Shown piece by piece: positions 24,498 to 36,500 of a stretch of DNA of 64,000 nucleotides (its first letter is position 1; each line of letters starts with the position of its first letter). The position numbers and the translations under genes were made by a program. The stretch covers positions 992,001-1,056,000 of the forward strand of contig NC_088308.1 in assembly GCF_910592395.1 (NCBI RefSeq), in the 5' to 3' direction. This DNA comes from Lineus longissimus (Eukaryota). Under the pieces are notes generated by a model. That model searched no databases, was not told where the DNA came from, and was given only the letters and a program-made list of their open reading frames with translations.

Positions 24498-24564
24498 TGC
24501 TTCTAATTCACTTGTATTGCCAGCAAAATCAGCAAGAATACTGTAACATTTCTTTCGTTGTGAT

Positions 24565-24655
24565 GCAAATGACGTTGCTACGAAGTGACGTTTCTGGAAA
24601 TGACGTAACGACTGTTATCAACCAATAAAACGAGACGTCAGGTATGACGTCACAG
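24565..24655. promoter_or_regulatory. Cluster of five CRE/ATF-type sites plus a CCAAT box upstream of the kinase locus
   Basis: TGACGT at 24570, 24586 and 24601. ACGTCA at 24635. Full TGACGTCA at 24645. CCAAT at 24622. Confidence 0.7.
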
Positions 24656-27600
24656 TCCAAGCACTGCTTTGAGCATTGGGGGAATTTGGCAATTTGAAAG
24701 CTGGAACTTTTTGCGTTTTATTCCTACAACAACACATAACACTGTCTTCGGAGAAAGCAAAAGGCTGTTCGTTGTGTCAAAAGGTAGATGGAGACACTTT
24801 CAGGCCTACTTTCGGCCACCTGCCATACTTGTGAATCAACGCGGAGGGAGGAGAAGAGAATTTTGCAACCCATTACACTCCTGTCATTTCTTGAAGTAGG
24901 CCTATATAAAAGCCATTGTCTTCGTCAATCTTTCGCCAGTGGTCACGTCTAGATTTGTTCAATGCCCGGCAAATTATCGTAATCCTAGATGCCGAAGGGT
25001 TATTGAAAAGTGATTTATCTGCAAATCCTTTTTTGACATGCCAATACCTGAAACAATTTGATTTCAACCTTTGACGTGTTGGGCTCTTTTGGTGAAAATG
25101 AAAAGCCGCGACTGATAACCAGGTCGCAGTTCTGACGTAACCCCAGACACACAGAGATAAGCTTATAGTCGGGGGGGGGGGGGTATCAGGGACCTCATGC
25201 TAGCGCATCACTTAAGGCCCGTTTTGACACATTGGAAAAATTCAAATTCATACTGCCAATAACCGATCGCACAGTGCCTTTAACTTTGATAATATCAATT
25301 AATACGTTTAAGCCATTTGATAAGTGTCCCATGACAGCGATGTTTGTAGAGCTCTTATCGATTCATGTTTGGTCCGACTTGGATCATATTTGGCAAGGGA
25401 ACGCCTTCCCAGAACTCCGGCATGTCACGTACTCGATTTTATAGGAGTGTTTGTGTGTTTTGTTTAGTTCTCACGTCACGACAAAGTTTTTTGTCAAATC
25501 ATATCACTGTAAACTCCTTCGAGTGAAGGGATGAACAGCTGAGTACAGCAGACATTAATGCAGGTGCGGAAATATCCTTCGTAAAAAGCACAATCTCCTA
25601 AAGCATTACTGGTCGAAGTTATGTGTTATGACGTCGATCATGATGTATTAAGAAGGTATGCCCGAATTGATAATGTTATCTGCACTTGACACTCTGACTG
25701 TTTGAGCGAACATCCGTGGTCTATCTCTGGCTCGCAACAACCAGTTGTAGAAATAGCTCAACATGGGTCAAGAGCCAATAGAAATGTATAACAGAGGTGT
25801 TCAATCATTCCAACATGAATACCAGATTAACCATTTACGGACAAACTTTATAACGAGGATTGTCACCGGACTAACAGTTTTTCAGGGACTGTGTGCTGTG
25901 AGATATATAGATCACACATTGACTTCATCATTATTAGAAATCGTAGCCGAAAGCTCGTCCAGCGCATCCAATTCTCACAATCAGCACCCACCACGTGCCA
26001 TCACATGGCACATTACAACCACCAAGTGACCAATAAACATCCATTATATGTTCCGTGTCTCATTAATACAGACAACATCGGATAATTTGGTACTAAAAGG
26101 CAACAATTCCATATCTTCTTGATGAAATATCAGCTCTGTATTCCCGCGCACTGATGCACGACCAAAGGGTTTCGTTGGTTGCTCAAACTAGACATCATTC
26201 TGTGTCTGACTGGTTACCAGTGTTGGTACATGTACCATTCAAGCCTGGCGGCGACGAGGGTCTATAATTGAATGCAATCGCTGCAAGGCTTGTTACCGCC
26301 TGAAATAGAGCCTAACCCGGGGAGCCTATATAATATAATGATGTTGTTTCCTTCGCCGGGTTTCGGTATCGGTGTTTCTATGCTGTCTGATCTGTATCCA
26401 CCAAGCTTCTAGAATAGAAACCATCATCTGTTTGTTCAGTGAATGATGATAGCTATCTTGGCCGAGAACACTCCTCAATCATCACAGCCGCAACAGAACC
26501 AGATTATGGAACCTGAAGACATGAGAGTTATTCCGGAATATGGATGTTGTTTATGAAAGTACGCGTGGCATATGTTGTGTGAGCATACCGTGAAGGTTTG
26601 TGCTGTCTGTTCTGGTCTGCAACTGTAAGAGATAATAAAGTCCATTTCTTCCAACCTGGACTGGACCGGAGGCCATCTACTCTTCAAGGGAAATCAGGGG
26701 GTTTTTCACACAGTATGCAACTCATTTTGGTTTCGTATATACCCTTTTACAGGCGCAACTGTTTCACAACGATTAACTTGAATTGCTTTTTACCGTCAGA
26801 GAAAACAAGCTTTTCGAAAGTGAAGATAGTCGACAAGCCTGTCGGGTGCGACATTTAGGCAAATATGTATACCTTTTATAAAACCAACCTTTGATGAAAC
26901 ACACCATGTGAGAATCCTTGAGAGGGGTTCTACCGAAAACAGAAAAGGTATCATGCACTTTCAGCGGGGAAAAAGATATCTTCATTTCTAGAAGAAACCA
27001 TGACCAAAACACGAAAAAAGGATAAAAAAACCGAGTTGCCAGTTACCTCTATTGAACATTTTAAAGATTTCTATGTCAGCATTGCAGTCTGAAGAGAGGG
27101 GAGATTGATGCACAATGACATATGAGCATAATGGCATTGGATTCTTGGCATGTTTTCTCTAGTTGAATTACCCCCGTCATAGGTAAGCGCGGGCCCGTGG
27201 CTACATCGCCATGTTTTAGCATCCATCAAGACGCTTATTACAGTGTAACAAGTTTAACGTTTTTATGCCGCTTCAAGTACCGCGTGCTTATCATTATACC
27301 GTAGAACTAACTCTGTTACAGTATTCTGCTACGTACTTTTTCCAGGATATGTTTGTGCTGCCAATAAAGAAATATGCTTCAGAAATGTTCTGAAAAACTG
27401 TTTCACACCACCAGACCAAGAAGTTGTCAGCTTGGATGAGAAATGATCTCAGAATTGATATACACGCGTCTTCATTTATCCACAAATATACACAACATCA
27501 ATATAAACCTCTGAATATAACTTAGAAGAAGTAATTAGTCAAACCTAAAAACGAGGACGTTTTGACTGTATCTCGCTAACCAGGGGACGCCGACATTTTT

Positions 27601-28259
27601 ACACTCTGATACAATACTGGTCGTAAGTCACGTCAACCAGAAGTCCGGGCCAGGACTGAACTTGAAACAGAGAATATCAAACACTGGGCCTAAAAGTCAC
27701 CAGAACCGAACAAGAAACGATAGCTTTGCCCTCCAGCCGACCTGTCGTCAACAATTGTTTCACAGCGAAAATATTTTCACACAAGTTGAGCAAAAATAAG
27801 ACAAGTCAACAGTAGATTAAAGCCTTGTGAATGGGGACAATGATGGAGGTGCGTTAAAGGGTCCTTGTCCCAAGCACCCTCAAGGTTAAACCAAACTGGC
27901 TTTTGCTCTCCAAGTAATTGCCTCGAAGAGCCTCTTGACTGGAGAGCACACACCTTTGAATAGCAGATCAAGAGGCCAAGACAAAGGAAGGAGAACATGA
28001 GTGAGGTTTCATGTTTTATAGTGCTTGTTTTGGGGGTTTACCCTCGATCTAATAGACCCTCTAGGGTCAATAAAACCTAGTTTTCACAATGTACAGGTTG
28101 ACTGTCGGTTATCTGGGGTATGCACATTCTATTTGAAATTCATACATATCTGACATACATTATGTATAAACATGTATACATTGATAATAAAATAAAGTGT
28201 GGGCTGCTGCTGCTGCGGAAGTCAAATCTACCATTCCTCAGCCGCAATCAACCCTCCCT

Positions 28260-28470
28260 CGTCCACCTGCCCTTGTCGTGATCTCGTAGACAGTTTCTCG
28301 GGCACATTACATTACACCCTGTAGCCCCGCAGTTAGAACACAGCACACATACAACAGTTCCTCCCAAACTGACTTCCTTACTCCGAATTGGACAACACGA
28401 ACTCAAGTCGGAACGTTCTCGAAGGAAAATGTCTTCATGATAAACCAAAGGCTCCTCACCAAAGAACAGT
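28260..28470 (-). pseudogene. Possible decayed extended-PHD (zf-HC5HC2H, PHF6/PHF11/G2E3-like) fragment
   Basis: YHEDIFL...KEVSLGGTVVCVLCSNCGATGCNVMCPRN resembles H(E)xCL...KE..RG...CxxCxxxGATxGC...C. Some zinc ligands are missing and no gene structure was found. Confidence 0.3.
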
Positions 28471-31400
28471 GGACGATTGATAGAAGGATCTCGTGTACAA
28501 GGGTTAACGAACCTTATCTGCGAGCCGCTGATGTAGGCCATAAACAATGGGGTTGGGTGATAAGATGCATTGTTTCGGAGCGACCCAGCTAAACGTAAAA
28601 TGACAGGTCAACAATCAACCAGGGTTGAACTCAGCATCACATGATGGCTAGAATGCAGAAGGGACTATCTCACAATCTTGTTTTGAGGCCGAGAAAATTG
28701 CACAACCATCTTGTAGGCAATTTGTGAAACATCTGACAGCATGATATTCTGTTTTCATACGCCAGTTATACTTGGAAACCATTTGAAGGCAGGACCTCAT
28801 AAGCCATGGCCATTCCCCAGTAACCAGAAACCAGCGAAAGCACTGGGAAAGAATCGGCACACAGTTGGAGTGTGAGTTGCTATTTAGATTGGACAAGCTC
28901 GTAAACTTTCAACAGAAGCTGGCATAGGTTACGTACTTTCGTTGACCCTATACAGTCATGGTCATATTATAACCTTTGAGAGATGAGAGGACGAGTTGTG
29001 GTTGTCAATCACGACTCACAAACAGTACGATGAAGGAGGAGAGAATGTCATCAACATCACATTTTCGAATCAATCGTTGCACAATTTCAGAAAATAAATT
29101 CGATAGAGAATCTGATAGCTCGGCATTTAACGAGCAATAAGCTACTTTGTGGAAAGATAATATCACCGAGAGACGTTTTCCTTTAACCATCGTGAAGTAA
29201 CCACCTCGTGCATCTTGTTATAAAGAAATCTGTGTTCAATGTCGCTGATAAACAAATAAATCCTGTAAGCGATATCAAATACTGTTCTTCATAGTCAAAG
29301 TATCTGATTCATGCATTTGGAGAAGAAAAAGGCGCTTCCATTGTCTTCAGTCAAGTTGATATCAAACAGGTGCGTCCTAAATACATTAAAAAAAGAAACT
29401 TGTATCGGGTCTTATTCAATAATTGGTTTCATTGACACAAAAATCTGTTGATCTAAGCAGTCATTTTTACCATCAGACAGTATCATGCTGTGGGAACAGG
29501 CTCTCTCTCCCCCACACGTTCCGTGAAAACACACATTGGAATGACATTTCTTGAGGCTATGTGCTGTATATCTACAGATGGAAAGAAAAAATTAAACATA
29601 AGTCAAGAGTAAACATCAATATCCGTAACGCCTGAAGGTGAGGAGTTTTGTGAAATAGCCTACACCGTGGAAAGCGTCAGGCGATCTATACGCAGAAACA
29701 GCTGAAAAGTTCAGCTTCGCATGTAAAAAGGTCGGGTTCACGTAGGATTCACGTTGCCACTTGTCATGGTTAACGTGTGTCACTTCTCGCGAGAACAGAC
29801 TTGAAAACAACAAGAGTGACATCGTACGCGTAGCCTGCGTTTTGGAAATGACTTGTTCGTTGTCACAAGTGACTAAGTAAACTCTCTATATATGTAAACC
29901 CATTTAGTCGGATAGCTCGTTGCCAAGCGAGCTACATCTCTTTCAGGCCACGAGAGCACTCCAATTAAGTAAACTCAGAGGCTATACTTCTTGTTAGCTT
30001 CTGTTGGGGACCAGCGAAGGTTGACCGTCGCTGTGGACGCACAGAGTTTTGTCATCCCGGATGTCAATGAATACCATATGTTATAATCTATACGACCCTG
30101 AAGATATCTTGGATCCAGCAGTGACCATGAAAGAGAGATTTAGGTCAGATCGAGAAGAAAGGTAACCCGCTCACTTGAGGCAAAACAATTGAAATGTGTG
30201 ATTTTGACCGTCAGCTTCAAAATTAGGACTGGGTTCCGCCACAATCAGTAGGAACAAATGACATTTTCAAGATTAAGGAGTCTCCAGGGGATTGGACTTT
30301 TTCGGCATGCTTTTGGTTGCAAATTGACTTCCGGTATGACAAACTTTTTCAAAACAACCAATTAACAATATCGTGAATAAATTTATAATTAAATCACATT
30401 AAACTACATTGATATCTCGAGCGAACGTATTTACACAATATCTTACAGAATTATATACTCCCTGAATTCATAGACTCAAAGAAGGAAAGCACTACCATCG
30501 TAAGACAGCGGTAAATTGTGGTAAAGGCCTGTACACACCGGATGCAGTGCTGAATGAGTCGGATGACGATAGAAATGCCTCGGAAGTCTGTTAAAGACAT
30601 TCGTACCAAAGCACCAAGACATCATTTTCAGGGCGCAGTCCGTCATCCTGATCGTCTTTGGCTCGACCGGGCGACAGGACGAGGCCAGCCCACTCTGCGG
30701 CGCCCGCAGTGAAGGCGAATGTCGCTGATGATGCTTTCCTTCCCCAAAACTCTACATATCTAACCCAGAAAGGCACAAGGGAGTCAACATCCACCACGAC
30801 AATCTTTTTCAGAAGATGGTGAACAAAAGTTTCTCTAAAGGAGGAGCTTTTCATAAAATCAGGCGAGATATATCATTATCTCAGGTTTGATGTCTCCGTT
30901 CTGTAAGATGAGATAACCATGAAATGATATTATAAGATTTTAACCATTTAATGACATAGGCAACGTGTACACTCTCATCATGACTTTGTATTTTCATGAT
31001 AATAGTTCTTACATACCAACAGTGACCCTTAAATCATGTCTATGTTGACTCAAGTCTGGGGTCATTGCGGAGGTCATGGTTATTAAGATATGGAGAAACT
31101 TGAGACCAAATGTTTCATTCAGAACTATTAGATGACTTTATCACGCCGAGATTTGAATTGAAACGCTATCTCAACTTAAATTTGGAGCGGGCACAGTGCA
31201 ATATTTGGTCATGGCTGATTGCAGCACAAGGAGAAGACGTTGGCGTGGAAAGTGGGAAAGTTGATGACTGGACGAACCGACTCGCGTGACAACTTTGATT
31301 GTACAAATTTCGAACTTTGAAAATTGACAGACGTTTCCTTCTCAAACGCGCAAGTCGTTTTCCCTTTCACGATACCGCTTTATGAAGAAGTTGCTCTCGT

Positions 31401-32472
31401 CGACACTTATGAATATTTTATACAATGTACATGCTTGGTTACTTTAGCACATCAAATGACATCAAATGACATCAAAGCTATACGTATTTACAATGCTGTA
31501 CTAGCAAAACAAGACCTAAACACATTTGAACCTGTTTTGGATGTTAGCGAAAGAATAGTACATGTAAATTAGATACGAAATTGACGAGGGAAAAACATGT
31601 AAATTTATCAGCCGACTGCAGTTTTTGATGTTATTTTTCATTTTGGGCCTCATCAATTGACCCGTGAGCCTCCAATTACGGTTTTATATATTTTTTTCAA
31701 GAAAAGATTGTGTGACATAACCCCAATGCGATCTCTCCCAGTTCGTGCCCAAGTTTCTTGTATAAAGCCACGTGACTTATCCTTGTCGAAATGTATGCCT
31801 TATCTCATACCTACATGTGCGAAGTATAGGCGTTGTTATCGTATATAACGCGATAGTTAAACGACTATTAAGAACTTAATTCACTTTATCTGCTTGTCTT
31901 TCTATGTGCATCACACGGGACACAATTATAAGGTCACTTAAAACACTTTGTTCCCGTTTCTTAATCCACTGTTTTCGGCTGAGCCCACAAGCACTGGCTT
32001 TGAGAGCAAAAGTCCGAGAACCATTATCTTGTGAAGTACTTTCCAAGCGTATTGTTGACAGAAAATGTAATCCACATGACTTCACGCCTAATAAAGTTAG
32101 GGACAGACCGTCCCTTACCGCTTCCATTGTAATCCACAAGGTCCGCCTGAGGGCGAATTCACCGAATGTTTCTGAATTGGCGTCCCTTTAAATCACAACC
32201 GCGTTTAAACTCGTCGTTGAACGCCTATCCAGTTTTCACAAGGTTTCGTGCAAATAAACAGAATAATCCATTTCTACCGAAAACCGAAACGCGGAGTTTC
32301 CGTAACGATGAAACAATGTGGAAGCAAATAGGGAGCGAAAAACGAAATCCCATTGTCATGACAACCGCGTGCGGACACTGGTCACTACAGAAAGCTCCCG
32401 GAAAACTCCAAGATTGAGACAAAGAATATCCTCCACAGGAAAAGATGTTCCTATTCTCGCTGTAAAAACACC

Positions 32473-33516
32473 TCAAGGGCAAGTGCAGAAGCAGTTTGCA
32501 ATGACTGGATAGGGAATTTTAAGCCATTTACATTTAACTTTCGGTATTTCGGCTCGTTCCCTTTTCGCAGCACGTTCATGGGCGTACACGGAGCTCCTCA
32601 GTTCTTTGGGAAGCTGTTCGTAGCCGTTCAGATACATCATTTGGTTGAATCGTCGGCCGCGCCTCAAACCCGACCGTGTCTTGGCTTTGCGTCCCCTGCC
32701 AGACCCGCTTGTTCCGCGGGATCGTCTGCAATGCCATCTCAGGATATAAACAGTGTGACTGCGGACGGGGACGCACCTCATACCGGGGGGCCAGGAGCAC
32801 GGGCTATCGTTCGTACACTCCCCGCGCTTAACCCACCGCGGCCAATAAAAGTCACCAATATCGTGCCAAGTGAACTGAACAGGACATGCAGCCTTCCTGA
32901 TCAGCCAGTCTTTGAAGACATTCAACAGAGCTGGAGGGGGCATGAAGGACATACCACTGGGGTCCTGGAAGGTGAAATTCAGCTTGTCCAAAGATACCAT
33001 CAGGTCTGCGTCCGTCTTGTAAGCGATCCCCGTCGCCTGTTTGCTCCGCATTGCCTTCGGTCTCTCAAACGACATCCATTGTGGATCATAGTCGTCGGCC
33101 AGTAGACGCAGCAGACGTTTTTCTCTCAGATTCTTCTTTTTCGGTTTATATTTGGTGTAATCAATAGCAATAGGTTCATATTGATTCCTTACCCTCTCCC
33201 GCTCGACCTTGCCGTTTGAACCTGTGATTTTATTGGGCGGGTCTGATACCCCTTTTGTGACCTTCCTTGGGTCTGGCGTTGGGCTCTCTATCTTCCCATT
33301 GTCTATGTCCTCATCCTCATCTGTCTCATCAATAACTTCAATAGTTTGTTTCTTATTGCCTACGGGAGCTGGGTCCCTTGTCTCCACAGTCACACTCACA
33401 CTGGGCGGCTCAATGTCCGTCCCGCTCGAGGACAAATCATCTCTGTCCTCGGCCAAAATCTGCACCGCAAAAGCGGCCAGAAGTCCGTAAAGAATCAAAT
33501 GTTTGAACATAGTCAT
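32473..33516 (-). CDS. Noggin-like secreted cystine-knot protein (noggin/noggin-like/trunk family), ~347 aa, single coding exon
   Basis: Signal peptide MTMFKHLILYGLLAAFAVQILA, so the ORF-track start at 33810 is probably too far upstream. Noggin motifs PKKKNLREKRLLRLLADDYDPQWMS, WLIRKAACPVQFTWHDIGDFYWPRWVKRGEC, CSWPPGMRCVP, ILRWHC and CKWLKIPYPVIANCFCTC. Confidence 0.92.
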   Translation of the reverse strand: MTMFKHLILYGLLAAFAVQILAEDRDDLSSSGTDIEPPSVSVTVETRDPAPVGNKKQTIEVIDETDEDEDIDNGKIESPTPDPRKVTKGVSDPPNKITGSNGKVERERVRNQYEPIAIDYTKYKPKKKNLREKRLLRLLADDYDPQWMSFERPKAMRSKQATGIAYKTDADLMVSLDKLNFTFQDPSGMSFMPPPALLNVFKDWLIRKAACPVQFTWHDIGDFYWPRWVKRGECTNDSPCSWPPGMRCVPVRSHTVYILRWHCRRSRGTSGSGRGRKAKTRSGLRRGRRFNQMMYLNGYEQLPKELRSSVYAHERAAKRERAEIPKVKCKWLKIPYPVIANCFCTCP

Positions 33517-36500
33517 ATTCCGAAATCGTTTAGTCACATCTGAATCGGTTTTTATCCAACCGAATGAAGACAAAATATCCGTACAAGTCACGATCTGGTA
33601 TCGCCAAGAGTAGTCCGTTATCTGCGAGTTGGATGTGCTGTCCCTGTGACGCGGCACAATCATGCGCACCGCCGCCAACCCACCACCGCCTGGTTGGCGT
33701 GTGCGACCAAATAATAGGACAGCGCCAAGACAGAACAAGGGGAGTGTTTTGTGGGGAAATAATTGAACATTTAAGTAGAAATAATCACAACAGTAAATGA
33801 CAATGATCATTAAGTAAACTTTTTATTTGCTAAATGCTTGTTTACTATAGCTTTAACTTCTATACCGTATACTCATTAGTTCAGGATCACAGAATATTGT
33901 CTCCATATAGGTATAAAACCAACATCTACATACTGTATACTCGGATAAGATAAAGGAAAGAGGCATCGTGCATCGCGCAAGGTACAGTTATGCGTGCCTC
34001 TGAAACAAAATGTCTGCATAAAATGTAGACTGGTATGTATATGCCATGAGCCTGCAGATAGTCCCCATCCATGTATTTTAAACTTTTGCTTTTGCATTCT
34101 GTCCCCTTGTCTTATAAAGTCGCCTTTAGAGTATTCCAGCACAGCTTTTAGAGTCTTTCACTGCCTGAGGGGCCATCTGCTCCCAACGTTTGCTAGCTGA
34201 TAGTATCTATCCAGGCAATTCAATATGACTGTGTCGCCGAGGAGAAAAACTCGACCGCTGACTAACGCTGTTTATTTAGTCTTAGTCACATCGCACCATT
34301 ATCGATCAACAATGTTGAACCAGCAAACAGCAACACAAATATTTATGAGGAAAAAATTGAATTAATTAGCAATTAAATCATTATGTTGTTTGTGATATAC
34401 TTTAATGTTGCAAACTTGTAATAAAGCTGGCACTTTTGCCACATAAAATATCATTTGGAGGGCATCGGTTCGGATTTGAGTGTGAAATTATTTATCTCAG
34501 TCAACAAATGTGTCTACATTTTGGATCCACTTTCCATCTGCCTCGGGAAAGAAGCTGTAAATTAAGACTGAACAGGATTCATCTCCAAGTAGTTGTCATG
34601 ATGAGTAATGATAAACGATGTTGACATCATGCGTACATGACGTATACGTGTGATGACTATCTAGGTTGCTTGCCCAGTATAAGGGCAATCAACCTGGAAT
34701 AGATATATAGGTTAAGTTTTGCGTCACGCAGGAACAAACTTTATCAAGTCTTAACACTACCCGAGACGTGCTGAGAATGATGGCACCATGCAGGCGGATA
34801 CACGCCTATATCAGAGTCTTCCAATATGCCTATATATTCCCTATATTGATAAAAGAAGTTTGTCAAAACCCCAGCTGGAAGGATAGCGTTCATTCCTTGA
34901 AGCTCTGTTCGACAACAATTTTAGCCATCAATAAAGTGTTAATCATCCAGTGGGGAGCCACCCCAAGGCCAGACACTCGTCAGTTGTGATACGTGGAGAC
35001 AAGTTTCAAGCAAAGAAAACAACGGGTCGTAAAAACCAACATGGTTTGCCAAGGTAAATAGTCAGATTGAGCTGACTACAAGGTTAGTTTAGGACAAAGA
35101 AATGTAGAGAATTGTGTTTGGTGAGATAGGATTCCGGTGCTTCAGGTTAATTTTGAAGCTTTCAGGAATCCAGCTTCAATTACAGCGGGAACCGCCGGCA
35201 AACGCGGGAAATCGCGCGGTTTTTACAGGCTTTGAATCAATTTTGATGTGAGTTATTGGAACTGGCCTCAAAGCCATTGGATGCAGGGGTTTTCCACTGT
35301 AATGCGATGAGGCCCTTCACATCGCTATGAGCCATCTTTGCGCGATGATTGAAGGTCGTCTGTTCATAGACTTCTCCCTGGTTATGCTCCCTATTCACAC
35401 TAAGATGGCCATTTCAGCGACGCTTTGAGAGTAATTTTATATATCATCCTTCATTGAATTCACCGAAATATCTAGTGATTAATCAAGGGTCTTTAGTATC
35501 ACAGTTGTTGTTTTAATGTCATTGACTCCAGGCAAAATTTTATGGTCTCCTCTGTCACCTCCATGCACGACCAACTCGTGAATTGCTTCTTCCGCGTTCT
35601 GCTGAAAAGCAACGCCGAAGATAAACTTTTCCACGAACTTTCAGCCTAAGGCGTTAGGTGGTGATAATGATGACCAATGGTTCCGGGGATCCGTGACGGT
35701 CAAGCGCCACTGTGACTGCTGTCAAGTTTATAATTTGAGAAGATAGACTTCCTGTAATTTCACTGTTTGTCTTTTTCTCTGAAGTGATCAGCCCGCACCT
35801 CAGCACCTTGGGGTAACGTTAAACCAACTTGCTTATTAGCAGTTCGTAAACACTGCCAATTCATATTACGTTGTTTTTACACGTAAACATTATCACTGCA
35901 ACCAAGAATATGCAATCCAAGATGTTTGGGATGTTTTGAAATGAACTAAACGATATTGACATAAGGGAAAACAACTGAAACTGATCATTTTTCCTTGGCA
36001 TGGATTGGTTTTGAAGTGGCCCATGACCAGCACAAGGACACACTCGTAAGTTTAGAGAAGGAGCATGCCATAACCAGTCAGTATGACGTAACTTGTGTTT
36101 GTAATGCGTTACACCATAAGCTTACAGTGGTGAACCTCTTTGTTCTCCCTCGCTCTATCCGTTGAAGTCGATCAGCTGAGACGCGTTCGTTAAGACCGTG
36201 AAGGCAAAGCGCTTTGAGACAGTCCAATCTGGATAAAGGCGCTTACCTAAGATACATCGTAACTGTGATGTAATGATACTTACACTCTGGCGCAATATCC
36301 TCTTTACAAGCGGATCCAGTATGAAAGGCCAAGTTGAAGGAGAAGCGGAGGCTGGTGCTTGGTGATATACCCGGCCGGTGAGGAGGATGACACGATGTGG
36401 CATCGTTGCTTCCTCCTTGAAGTGGCGGAGGAAGACACTACAGATGACTGATGTCCTCAATAAAAATGATTAAACCCATCAGTTGAAGTACATTAGTAAC

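Noticed and set aside
30660..30740. HDV-like or hammerhead ribozyme (gcgaca/tgtcgc pairing, ggcgaatg, ctgatga)
   Set aside because: No P1/P3/L3 nested pseudoknot and no stem II followed by GAAA could be built.
33517..33810. N-terminal 98 aa of the 445-aa noggin-like ORF
   Set aside because: The signal peptide begins at Met 33516/33510; the upstream in-frame stretch is probably leader or promoter.
36155..36460. Exon-like GC-richer segment upstream of noggin-like
   Set aside because: It has AG/GT borders but no recognisable product or partner exons; at most a non-coding exon.
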